Assembly: GCA_963803435.1 (NCBI GenBank)
Contig: CAWDML010000007.1
Location: forward strand, 448,001-512,000
Length of the DNA: 64,000 nucleotides
Origin: an uncultured delta proteobacterium
Lineage (GTDB): Bacteria > Myxococcota > Kuafuiibacteriia > Kuafuiibacteriales > Kuafuiibacteriaceae
Reading direction: 5' to 3'
Position numbers and translations under genes: made by a program
The notes under the pieces: model-generated
Database searches by the model: none
What the model saw: the letters and a program-made list of their open reading frames with translations, nothing else
What the model was told of the DNA's origin: nothing
Part shown: positions 1 to 9,193 of the stretch, piece by piece
How the letters are laid out: each line of letters starts with the position of its first letter
Position numbering within the stretch: the stretch's first letter is position 1

Positions 1-86
1 GCTCGGTCGCCGTGGCGCGCGATCGACCGGTGGCCTACGCGATCTCGAGTACGCAGATCATCAAGCTCGAGCTTCCGGCCGACTGA
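1..86 (+). CDS. 3' end of a gene entering from the left edge (hypothetical protein)
   Basis: Open frame from base 3 reads SVAVARDRPVAYAISSTQIIKLELPAD* (TGA 84-86) with GC-rich third positions; co-directional with the next gene. Confidence 0.5.
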   Translation, partial: SVAVARDRPVAYAISSTQIIKLELPAD

Positions 87-142
87 GGCTCCGCAAGGAG
101 TGCGGAAATAGCCCAAGGTCGAGGTACGTTGCCCCGCGGATC

Positions 143-1129
143 GTGATGAAGAGAATTCGAGCACTCCTGCTGACCTCCTGCGGGCTCTCGGCTTGCGGTG
201 GCCCCGCTGGCGACACGAACGTCGAGTGCCGCGCGCTGGCGGAAACGACCGGGGAGCGCCCACCCGGCTGGGATGGCACCGTCTTCACGATCGTCATGGA
301 GAACCGCAGCTACGGCGACATCATCGGGAGCTCGCACGCGCCGTACATCAACGAGCTCGCCGCCGCAAACGCGATCGCCGCCGGCTACCACGACTCCTAC
401 GTGCATCCCAGCGAGCCGAACTACATCTGGATGGTCGCCGGCGAGAACTTCGGAATCTTGAACGACAAGGACCCCAGACCGGCGAACACCATCGAGAGCG
501 ACTCGCACCTCGCCGATCAGATCGAGCGGGCCGGCCTGACCTGGAAGAGCTACCAGGAGAGCATGGGCTCACCGTGCGGGCTCCAGTCGCACGGGAGCTA
601 CGCGGTCAAGCACAACCCGTTCGTCTACTTCTCGAACATCAACGGATGGGACGGGAGCACCTTCCAGCCCTCCACACGCTGCGACGAGCACATCGTCGAC
701 TACTCGGAGCTCGACGCCGACCTCGCCTCGGGCAACGTGCCGGCGTACGCATTCATCACTCCGAACCTGGACAACGACATGCACAACGGATCCATCGAGG
801 ACGGCGACCGCTGGTTGAGGCGCGAGCTCCCGAAGATCTTCGAGTCGGAGGCGTTCCGCGGTGGTGGAGTGCTGTTCCTCCTCTGGGACGAGGGGAGCCG
901 CGGCCGGGACAATCCGCCGTTCATCGCCATCTCCCCCAACGCAAAGCCGGGGTTCGTTTCAGAGACCGATTACGACACCAGCTCGTACCTCAAGACCGTT
1001 CAGACGATCCTCGGCCTCGAGGCGCTCCCCTGCTCGCCCACGCCGGAGGCGATCGCGACCATGGACGATCTGTTCGCGATCCCGCTCCAGTCGGACCTCA
1101 GTACGCGCAATAGCCGGGGCACTGATTGA
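143..1129 (+). CDS. Phosphoesterase/acid phosphatase family lipoprotein (alkaline phosphatase superfamily)
   Basis: Lipobox-like LSAC; motifs IVMENRSY, HPSEPNY, KHNPF, ITPNLDNDMH, WDEG. Confidence 0.85.
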   Translation: MMKRIRALLLTSCGLSACGGPAGDTNVECRALAETTGERPPGWDGTVFTIVMENRSYGDIIGSSHAPYINELAAANAIAAGYHDSYVHPSEPNYIWMVAGENFGILNDKDPRPANTIESDSHLADQIERAGLTWKSYQESMGSPCGLQSHGSYAVKHNPFVYFSNINGWDGSTFQPSTRCDEHIVDYSELDADLASGNVPAYAFITPNLDNDMHNGSIEDGDRWLRRELPKIFESEAFRGGGVLFLLWDEGSRGRDNPPFIAISPNAKPGFVSETDYDTSSYLKTVQTILGLEALPCSPTPEAIATMDDLFAIPLQSDLSTRNSRGTD

Positions 1130-2094
1130 TCACGAAGACCGACTCACCCACCGAGCACGGCATCGGCGTGGTGCTGTCGGGGACGCACCGGTTTCCATCG
1201 AGATACTGCGTGAGCCGGCAGACCTGGCCGCGGTTGCTCGGACACTGCGAGTTCGCGCCCAGACACAGGCAGCGCCCGCTCACACGCGCCGGATAGCTCG
1301 CGCCGCAGTCCGGCGTGGACTCGATGGGCTCGCAGTCGAAGCCGGCGCTGCAGGCGGTCCCGCACCCCCCGCAGTGGCGCTCGTCAGTCGAGATGTCGAC
1401 ACACTCCCCGCTACAACAGCGCTGGGCGGCAGCAGGGCCGCACTGGAACGCGTCGGGCATGGGCGAGTGCGTGCACACGCCCGCGCCGTCGCAGACGTCT
1501 CGCGTGCAGGCCTGGCCGTCGTCGTCGCAGGGCGTGTCGAGGGGCCGCGGCTGCTCCGCGCAGGCCGCCGTGCCGTCGCAAGCGCGCTCCGTGCAGCTGT
1601 CGCTCTGACACGTGATGGGAGCACCCTGACACGCCCCGCTCGAGCATTGATCGTCGTGCGTGCACGGATCGCCGTCATCGCAGACGCCCTCGAGCTCGGT
1701 GTGCACGCAACCGAGCGAGGGATTGCAGCTGTCGCTCGTGCACGAGTTTCCGTCGTCGCAGCCAATCGGATCGCCGGCGCATCGGCCGGACCGGCAGCTG
1801 TCGTTCTCGGTGCAAGGGTCGCCGTCGTCGCAGGCTTCGCTGCCTCGACACGCGGAGCAGACGCCGCTCTTGCAGGTGCCAGCCTCGCCGGTCGCGAGGC
1901 TGCAGGTGCTCGAGTCCGCGCGGGCGAGGTAGGCGCACCCGCTGGCAACAATCGGCGACACAGACGTACCCGGTTGGACAGGGCCAATCGACGGAGCACT
2001 GGCGGTCCTCGTACGTGGGCTCGGTGAAGCAGCCCCAGCCCCAGATCGCGACGAGGCCGCTCAGCACCCGCGCGGTGAGCTCAGGGCGGCTCAT
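1098..2094 (-). CDS. Cys-rich repeat lipoprotein, frameshifted near 1945
   Basis: N-terminus MSRPELTARVLSGLVAIWGWGCFTEP...CPTGYVC (ATG 2094) lies in one frame; CDDGDPCT/CDDGNSCT/CDDDGQACT repeats lie in the frame of ORF 1098..1961. Confidence 0.7.
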
Positions 2095-2272
2095 GAACGC
2101 ATCATTCCGCGGGCACCGCGGGCGATCCATCGGTCGCGGACCGAGCGGGGAGAACGCGCTACGTGGACTGCCCGCCTCATCCGCGTCCATGCGCTCACGC
2201 AAGGTTGCGGTCGGTCTCTTCATCGGCGCGTCCCTCTACGGCGGAGAACGCCGGTGTGGTTAACCTCCGACA

Positions 2273-3004
2273 ATGGGACTCGTCGACACGCGCGTGCTGT
2301 TGTCGCGTGAGCCGAAGCCGGGCTGGCACGGGCGGTTCTTCGACTCCGCCGGGATGAGCTTCGCGTACTACGACCTCGACGCGGGCGCCTCGCTCCACGA
2401 GCACTCGCATCCGAACGAAGAGGTCTGGCACGTCGTCACGGGCGAGCTCGATCTCACGATCGGCGCGGAGCGCTTCCGCGTCCGTCCGGGACAGGCGGCC
2501 ATCGTTCCATCGAACACGGCGCACTCGGTCCGGGCCGAGGTCCAGAGCTCGGTGATCGTGGTCGATGCTCCGCGACGCGGCGAGATCGGCGGCGGTGCGC
2601 GGGCCGCCTTCGCGATCGAGCTCGAGCGCTTCACCGCGCCGGCTGTCGAGCTCGAGGTGTGCAACCGGGGACGAGCGTCCGGCATCCTCAGACGGATCGA
2701 GATCGAGAGCGGCTTCGCTCCGGTGTTACCTCCGCCTCGACGCACCGAGATTCCCGGGGGCGAGCTCCCTGAGCGCATCGAGATCCCTGGAGGTGCACGC
2801 CATTGCACGACGCACGAGCCACCCCCGCTGACGCCGGCTCGACGCGAGCAGATCCGAGCGGGCTCTGGAGTCTTCTACCTCCGCGGCGTGATCCTGTACG
2901 ACGACGGGGACGGCGACCGGCACCACACGACGTTCTGTCGCGTCCTCGACGACGACGACCGCCTCGTTCCGCCCGACGCACCCGGTTACAACTACGGCGA
3001 CTGA
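2273..3004 (+). CDS. Cupin domain protein with an uncharacterised C-terminal domain
   Basis: Cupin metal motif HEHSHPNEEVW...PSNTAHS in the N-terminal half. Confidence 0.75.
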   Translation: MGLVDTRVLLSREPKPGWHGRFFDSAGMSFAYYDLDAGASLHEHSHPNEEVWHVVTGELDLTIGAERFRVRPGQAAIVPSNTAHSVRAEVQSSVIVVDAPRRGEIGGGARAAFAIELERFTAPAVELEVCNRGRASGILRRIEIESGFAPVLPPPRRTEIPGGELPERIEIPGGARHCTTHEPPPLTPARREQIRAGSGVFYLRGVILYDDGDGDRHHTTFCRVLDDDDRLVPPDAPGYNYGD

Positions 3005-3092
3005 GTCGATCGACTCACCCGTCGAGCGGACCAGCCGGCAGCGTACGGCGCCGGAGTTGACTCCGAGGGCCGCCTATCGTTGACCGCACGTC

Positions 3093-4988
3093 GTGAGCGC
3101 GCGCCTTTTGCTCGCCGCCTGCGTCTTCGCCGGATGCGCGCGGGACGAGCGCCTGCCGATCACCGACGCCTCGGGTCACGTCCCCGATCTCGCGTGTCCG
3201 GGCGACGTGGGATGCAAGGACGGGGGCGGTCCACTCAAAGTCGGCGTCGCTCTCGTGCCGATCACCGCGCGGGTGGAGACGTGGGACGATCTCGACGGCG
3301 ACGGCCTCAGGGGCAAGGATGAGCCGTTCGACGATCTCAACGGCAACGGGGTGTGGGATCCGGTCTGGATGGCGGGCTTTGGCAACGGCCGGGCCGCCAC
3401 CGGGATCGCGGATGACAACTGGGCGCGGGTCCTGACGCTTTCGCAGGGTGACCTGCACCTCGCGATCGTGGCCCTCGATCTCATCGGATACTTCCATGAC
3501 AGCGTCGTCGCGACGAGACAGGCCATCGCCGACGCCGGCTTCGACTTCGACGACGTGTTGGTGGTGAGCACGCATCAACACGAGGGCCCTGACACCATGG
3601 GACCGTGGGGCGCGAGCCCGCTGGAGCGCGGCGTCGATCCGGCCTATCTGGATCGACTGATCGCCGACACCGTTCGCGCGCTCGACCTCGCCGTGCGCTC
3701 GGAGGTCGAATGCAGCATCGCGGTCGGACAGGGCGACGCTTCGGCGCTGGTGAACGACAGCCGGCTGCCGAACGTCGTGGATCCCACCCTCACCGCGATC
3801 GCGTTCCGTTCGGGCTCACAGGTTCGCGCCACCCTCACGATCTGGGGCAACCATCCCGAGACGCTCGGCAGCCGCAACACGCGGATCACCTCCGACTATC
3901 CGCACACGCTCCGAGATCGAATGGAGGAGGCGTTCCCGGGCTCGATCGCGCTCTTCGTCCCGGGGACGCTGGGAGGTCTCATGAACCCCCTTCACGTCCC
4001 TGGCTGTCCGGACGCGAACGGGCAGCCGACCTGCGACGACGAGACGTTCGAGAAGGCCGCGTATATCGGCGACGGCGCCGCCAAGGTCGCAATCGCGGCG
4101 CTGAACGCGACCCCCCACGTCGAGGATCGCCCGCGCCTCGGCGTTCGTCGCCACGCGTTCTTCGCAAGCGTTCAGAACGTCCGATTCATCGCCGGGTTCG
4201 CGACCGGCGTCCTGGAGCGCGTGATCTTCGACGCCGATCACCAGCCGATCCCTCCGCAGGTGGCCATGGGGATCCCGCTGGAGGACGCCAGCGCCGGAGC
4301 GATCCTGCTACAGACCGAGGTCGACGCCGTCTCGCTGGGGCCGATCGAGCTGGTGACCGTCCCGGGAGAGATCTATCCGGAGCTCTGGCTCCAGGGTCCC
4401 GACGGCGGCAGCCTGGTGGAGCATCCCGACGGCGCCGACTATCCCGACGCCGAGACGGAGCCTCCGATCGCCGGCGCGCTGCCCGCGACCGTCCCCCTCA
4501 AAGCAATCATCAACCAGGCGAACGACGCGCTCGGCTACATCATCCCGAAGGCCCAGTTCGACCTGGTCGCACCGCACGCCTACAAGGAGGACGGCCAGTA
4601 CGGCGAGGAGAACGCGCTCGGTCCGGAGATCGCGGGCGACGTTCGCCGCGCCGTCGAGGCCCTCTACGCCCCGCGGGCAAGCGGAGCGCGCAGCGAGCCC
4701 CTGCGAGCGGAGTCGGGTGCGAGGGCTCCGCCCGAGCGGGCCCCGCGGGCAAGCGGAGCGCGCAGCGAGCCCCTGCGAGCGGAGTCGGGTGCGAGGGCTC
4801 CGCCCGAGCGGGCCCCGCGGGCAAGCGGAGCGCGCAGCGAGCCCCTGCGAGCGGAGTCGGGTGCGAGGGCTCCGCCCGAGCGGGCCCCGCGGGCAAGCGG
4901 AGCGCGCAGCGAGCCCCTGCGAGCGGAGTCGGGTGCGAGGGCTCCGCCCGAGCGGGCCCCGCGGGCAAGCGGAGCGCGCAGGGACTGA
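3093..4988 (+). CDS. Neutral/alkaline ceramidase-like lipoprotein, C-terminus extended by a tandem repeat
   Basis: Lipobox FAGC; DxDGDG/DLNGNG Ca-binding-like loops; motifs STHQHEGPDTMG, GNHPE, DYP, PGEIYPE, NDALGYIIP, YGEEN. Confidence 0.7.
   Translation: MSARLLLAACVFAGCARDERLPITDASGHVPDLACPGDVGCKDGGGPLKVGVALVPITARVETWDDLDGDGLRGKDEPFDDLNGNGVWDPVWMAGFGNGRAATGIADDNWARVLTLSQGDLHLAIVALDLIGYFHDSVVATRQAIADAGFDFDDVLVVSTHQHEGPDTMGPWGASPLERGVDPAYLDRLIADTVRALDLAVRSEVECSIAVGQGDASALVNDSRLPNVVDPTLTAIAFRSGSQVRATLTIWGNHPETLGSRNTRITSDYPHTLRDRMEEAFPGSIALFVPGTLGGLMNPLHVPGCPDANGQPTCDDETFEKAAYIGDGAAKVAIAALNATPHVEDRPRLGVRRHAFFASVQNVRFIAGFATGVLERVIFDADHQPIPPQVAMGIPLEDASAGAILLQTEVDAVSLGPIELVTVPGEIYPELWLQGPDGGSLVEHPDGADYPDAETEPPIAGALPATVPLKAIINQANDALGYIIPKAQFDLVAPHAYKEDGQYGEENALGPEIAGDVRRAVEALYAPRASGARSEPLRAESGARAPPERAPRASGARSEPLRAESGARAPPERAPRASGARSEPLRAESGARAPPERAPRASGARSEPLRAESGARAPPERAPRASGARRD
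4668..4981. repeat. Perfect tandem repeat, 72 bp unit x 4 plus a 26 bp partial copy
   Basis: Unit gccccgcgggcaagcggagcgcgcagcgagcccctgcgagcggagtcgggtgcgagggctccgcccgagcgg starts at 4668, 4740, 4812, 4884 and 4956; translates as APRASGARSEPLRAESGARAPPER. Confidence 0.97.
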
Positions 4989-5070
4989 GCGTACACGCCA
5001 CGAGTTCGCCACCACATCTCCCCCGAGGTGCCCGAGGGTCCCCGCGGAGCGGCCATCTTCGGCTGCGAGA

Positions 5071-6561
5071 GTGCTCGGCGTGGCGCGGATCGTCTTCATC
5101 GCGGGGCTGCTCCTGCTGGCCGCGCCGCCCGCGAGCTGGCTGGTCCATTCCTGGTTCGACGGCGGCTACGGCTCGGACGGCGAGTGGGTGTTCCTCCTGG
5201 CGGCGGCCATCGTGCTGCGTGCCGTCTCCTCGAGACGCAGCTCACGCGAGGATCCGCGTCGCGCGGTCATGCTCTTCACCGCGACTGCGCTCGTGCGCTT
5301 CCTCGGAGAGCTCGCGGCCATCCACGTCGTCGGCGCCTTCGCGCTGGTCATCGACGTGTATGCGCTCGCGCTCGCGCTCGGTGTGCACCGCCGCGCGCGG
5401 GCCGTCTCGCCGGCGGGCGTCGCCGCGCTGTTAGGCCTGTCGCTCCCGATCGAACGTCTGATCCAGCGCGGCCTCGGCTTTCCTCTTCAGCTCCTCTCCA
5501 CCAGGCTGGCCTGCGGCGCGCTCACCGCGATCCATCCCAGCGTCGTCTGCGAGGGCGTGCTGGTCCGAACCGAAGGCTCCACGCTCAGCATCGATCTCCC
5601 GTGCAGCGGCGCCCGCGGGCTCGTGCTCCTGCTCGTGCTGGCGCTGGCGCTGATCGCCCTTCGTCGTGTGCGCGGGCGCCGTATCCCGCTGGTGATGGGC
5701 ATAGCCGTCGCCGGCGCGCTGGCAGCCAACACCCTGCGCGTCTTCCTGCTGGTCGAAGGCGTGCTGGCGGGCCTCGCAGTTCTCTCGGAGCCGCTGCACT
5801 CTCTCCTGGGCCTCGCCTGCCTCGCGCTCGCCTCGGCAGGGATCCTGGCGCTGATAGAGCCGGAAGAGCACAGCGCGCCGGCCGCCGCCGACCCTCCGGC
5901 GCGCCGCTTCACAGTCTCGCCCGTGCTCGCGGGCGCCGTCCTGACCGCCAGTCTGGCGATCCACCTGGTGCCGGCACGACCGCTCGACGTGAGCGGTCCG
6001 GTGGCGCCGATCGCGCTGCCCCGGGCCCTCGGCGGTTGGCTGGGCGAGGACCTCGCGCTGACCGAGCCCGAGTCGGAGTACTTCACCGAGTTCGGCGGCG
6101 CCGCCCGCAAGATGCACTACACCGAGCTCGCCGGCGGCGTCGACTTCACCGTGATCGCAGTCCGCACGCGTGCGCCCTTGCGCCACCTACACGCCGAGGA
6201 GTGCCTGGTCGGCGCCGGGCATCACGTCGAGCGGCTCGGGATCTCGGCGGGCGGACTCCCCACGGCGGTCTACCGCAGCACGGATCGCAGTGGCCACGTA
6301 CATCGCGTCGAGATCTCTTTTGTGTCCGAGCGCGGCGAACGGGCCACCAGCGTCGCCGAGGTCGCCTGGCTCTGGATGCGTGCCCCCAAGACCGAGTGGA
6401 CCATGCTCGAACGAATCACGGACTGGAACGCGTGCGAACGCGACGCCGGCTCATGCGCAGGCATGGCCGACGCGCTCGTCCGCACGCTCTTGCCGGAGGT
6501 AACCCATGCTGACCTGTACCCTTCCGCTCTCGCTGTTGATCACCGCCTTCTCCGGCGGTGA
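5071..6561 (+). CDS. Exosortase (dedicated, XrtT-like) with EpsI-like C-terminal domain; start approximate
   Basis: Multi-TM protein with catalytic motifs DLPCSG (Cys), ANTLRV (Arg), LHSLLG (His); C-terminal RHLHAEECLVGAG; adjacent to a PEP-CTERM protein. Confidence 0.8.
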   Translation: MLGVARIVFIAGLLLLAAPPASWLVHSWFDGGYGSDGEWVFLLAAAIVLRAVSSRRSSREDPRRAVMLFTATALVRFLGELAAIHVVGAFALVIDVYALALALGVHRRARAVSPAGVAALLGLSLPIERLIQRGLGFPLQLLSTRLACGALTAIHPSVVCEGVLVRTEGSTLSIDLPCSGARGLVLLLVLALALIALRRVRGRRIPLVMGIAVAGALAANTLRVFLLVEGVLAGLAVLSEPLHSLLGLACLALASAGILALIEPEEHSAPAAADPPARRFTVSPVLAGAVLTASLAIHLVPARPLDVSGPVAPIALPRALGGWLGEDLALTEPESEYFTEFGGAARKMHYTELAGGVDFTVIAVRTRAPLRHLHAEECLVGAGHHVERLGISAGGLPTAVYRSTDRSGHVHRVEISFVSERGERATSVAEVAWLWMRAPKTEWTMLERITDWNACERDAGSCAGMADALVRTLLPEVTHADLYPSALAVDHRLLRR

Positions 6562-8455
6562 GCTCAAGGGCGAGGGTGGAGTCTCTCTCCCCCTCCTCTC
6601 CACCGAGGTCGAGGCGACGATCACCGGAGATCTCGCCACCGTTCATCTGACACAGGTGTTCACGAACCCGAACGATCGACCGCTCCACGCGCGCTACGTA
6701 TTCCCGCTGCCGCACGACGCCGCGGTCCACGAGATGACCATGGAGGTCGCCGGCCAGCTGGTGCGGGCGAAGATCGAGCGCATCGAGCAGGCCAAGGCGG
6801 AATTCGCGGCCGCCCAGGCGGAAGGAAAGACCGCGTCGCTGCTCGAGGAGCACCGGGCCAACGTCTTCACCCAGGACGTGGCCAACATCCCGCCGGGCGA
6901 CCAGGTGACGATCTCGATCTCATACGCGGAGAGCGTCCCGCGCGAAGACGGGCAGTACGTGTTCCACTTCCCGATGTCCGTCGGACAGCGCTACCGGAAC
7001 GGCGCGAACGGGATCTCGGTGCAAGCGCTCGACAAGCCGCTGCCCGCCGGGCTCACCATCGAAGAGGGTACGCCCGGACCGGCGTCCCTCCGCACACCCC
7101 GGGTCGCCGCCCGCGTCGAGCTGCGGCCGGGGCTCCCGATCAGCGACCTCGAGAGCCCCTCGCACCCGATCGAGGTGGACGTGCTTGGTGCAACCCAGCG
7201 CCGGATCGTGCTCGCACAGGGCAAGGTGGTCGACAATCGCGACTTCATCCTGAAGTATCGACTCTCGGGGGAGCAGCCGCGCGGTGGGCTGGTGACCGAG
7301 AGGGATCGGCGCGGCCGGTTCTTCACCGCGTTGATCGAGCCGCCCCGCAACATCAGTGACGAGGACGTCGCGCCCCGCGAGCTCGTCTTCGTGCTCGACG
7401 CCTCCGGATCGATGGACGGCGCGCCGATCGAGGCCAGCAAGCGCCTGGTCACCCGGATGCTCGATCTGGCCCGGCCGACCGACACGTTCCGCGTGATCCA
7501 GTTCGGCTCCTCTGCGACGGCGTTCTCGGACGCGGCGCTGCCGGCCACGCAAGAGAACGTCACCCGCGCGAAGGAGTACGTGGCCCGGATCGGAGGCATG
7601 GGCGGGACGGAGATCGAGCTCGGGATCAAGGCCGCGCTCGACCCGGCGGTCCCGGACGGCCGGGTCCGCCTCGTCATGTTCCTCACCGACGGATACATCG
7701 GTGACGAAGCATCGGTGATGGCGACGATCCACCAGCATCGACAGGACAGCACCACCATCTTCAGCTTCGGCGTGGGCAACGGCGTCAACCGGTGGCTGCT
7801 CGAGGAGATGGCGATCGCCGGCCGCGGCGTCGCGCGCATCGTCGCGCTGGACGAGGATCCCGACGCGGTCGCCGACGCCCTCGCCGATCGACTCCGCTCC
7901 CCGATCCTGACCCACCTCTCGATCGATTGGGGCGACGCCTCCGCCGAGGCGATCACACCGGCGCCGCTCCCTGATCTATACGCCGGCGCTCCGCTCCGCG
8001 TGCTCGGTCGCCTCATCGGCGATGCGACGCCGCGGCAGGTGACGCTGGTCGGATGGCGCCACGGCAAGATGGAGAAGATCCCGCTGACGATCGACTCGGC
8101 CCCCACCTCGGTGGGAGCAGCGGAGGCGATCCCGATCCTCTGGGCGCGCTCGCAGATCGCGGATCGGATGCGCGCGATGACGAAGCCGATGGCGATGCGC
8201 GGTCAGCACGACGGAAGCGACACCGACCTGGTGGAGCAGATCACCCAGCTCGGCCTCGACTACGGCATCACCACGCGCTGGACCGCGTTCGTCGCGGTCA
8301 GCGACCATCAGATCGACACCTCGAAGCCGGCGGTCGCCGCGCAGGTCCCGACGCCCTCCACCTTCAGCTCCGCGCCCGAGCCCGCCGAGTCGGCGATGCT
8401 GCTCCTGCTGCTGGCGATGGCCGGTCTCTGGCTGCGCCGCTCCTCCCGAGCGTAG
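6506..8455 (+). CDS. VIT + vWA domain protein with PEP-CTERM-type sorting signal
   Basis: RBS GGAGG; VIT motif QVFTNP..YVFPLP; vWA MIDAS motif VLDASGSM..GGT..LTDG; C-terminal APEPAESAMLLLLLAMAGLWLRR. Confidence 0.9.
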   Translation: MLTCTLPLSLLITAFSGGELKGEGGVSLPLLSTEVEATITGDLATVHLTQVFTNPNDRPLHARYVFPLPHDAAVHEMTMEVAGQLVRAKIERIEQAKAEFAAAQAEGKTASLLEEHRANVFTQDVANIPPGDQVTISISYAESVPREDGQYVFHFPMSVGQRYRNGANGISVQALDKPLPAGLTIEEGTPGPASLRTPRVAARVELRPGLPISDLESPSHPIEVDVLGATQRRIVLAQGKVVDNRDFILKYRLSGEQPRGGLVTERDRRGRFFTALIEPPRNISDEDVAPRELVFVLDASGSMDGAPIEASKRLVTRMLDLARPTDTFRVIQFGSSATAFSDAALPATQENVTRAKEYVARIGGMGGTEIELGIKAALDPAVPDGRVRLVMFLTDGYIGDEASVMATIHQHRQDSTTIFSFGVGNGVNRWLLEEMAIAGRGVARIVALDEDPDAVADALADRLRSPILTHLSIDWGDASAEAITPAPLPDLYAGAPLRVLGRLIGDATPRQVTLVGWRHGKMEKIPLTIDSAPTSVGAAEAIPILWARSQIADRMRAMTKPMAMRGQHDGSDTDLVEQITQLGLDYGITTRWTAFVAVSDHQIDTSKPAVAAQVPTPSTFSSAPEPAESAMLLLLLAMAGLWLRRSSRA

Positions 8456-8481
8456 AACCGGTCGCTGTTCGCCTTCAGCTC

Positions 8482-8720
8482 ATGAAGGGCGATGACATCG
8501 CGGATCGGTTGCTCAGCGCGAGACCGAGAGTCTCGCAGACTGCGTGCACAAGATGTCAGTGGCGCGGAAGGAGGTGAACGAGTCGCTCTACTGGTTGCGG
8601 CTGGTAAACGGCGATCTTGCGGAAGGAGCCGAGATCGTCGCTCTCATTCGCGAGGCCAATGAGCTCACAGCGATCCTGACCAGCTCGGTCAAGACGGCGA
8701 AAGCACGCTTCCGAGCAAAG
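8482..8720 (+). pseudogene. Four-helix-bundle (23S rRNA IVP-like) protein remnant with internal deletion
   Basis: MKGDDIADRLL, then in a different frame ESLADCVHKMSVARKEVNESLYWLRLV...LIREANELTAILTSSVKTAK; the central QLLRSGTS..ANYEE segment is missing. Confidence 0.75.
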
Positions 8721-9135
8721 TCACCGCGCCTGCCGGAACTCGATGATCGCACGAGCGAGATGAAGCAACCCCAAGTCGTGCGCACCGATTCGTTCCCATC
8801 GCACGAGTCGTGCGCGGAATCGGTTGTGCCAGGCGTTCGTCCGCTCGACAACCCAGCGGCGAGGCTTACCGCGAACGCATCCAACCAGAGGCCGCTCGCC
8901 GCGCCGCCGGAGGTGAGAGGGTGACGCGGCGTGATCGAGCAACGGTTTCGACATCTGCGGAGTCGTAGCCCTTGTCGAGGCACAGATTTCTCGGCCGTCG
9001 AGGACCTCGCGAGCCGCGGAGAACAACGCCCTCGAGCGTCTGCCGCACGAGCCACTCGTCGTGAACGTTCGCGCCCGAGATCTCCGCTGCCAGCGGGACA
9101 CCGCGCCCATCCGTGAGGATATGCCGCCTCACGCC
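8721..9135 (-). mobile_element. IS5-family transposase, 3' half only, frameshifted near 8925
   Basis: HILTDGRGVPLAAEISGANVHD, LCLDKGYDS, RWVVERTNAWHNRFRARLVRWER; close paralogue of the transposase at 50054-50752. Confidence 0.85.
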
Positions 9136-9193
9136 GTGTCCAGATCCAAGCCTTCAACGGGGAGCACCCCGACACGGAGGATCGATCGGGTGT

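Noticed and set aside
4668-4981. CRISPR array
   Set aside because: The units are identical end to end with no unique spacers, and there are no cas genes in the window
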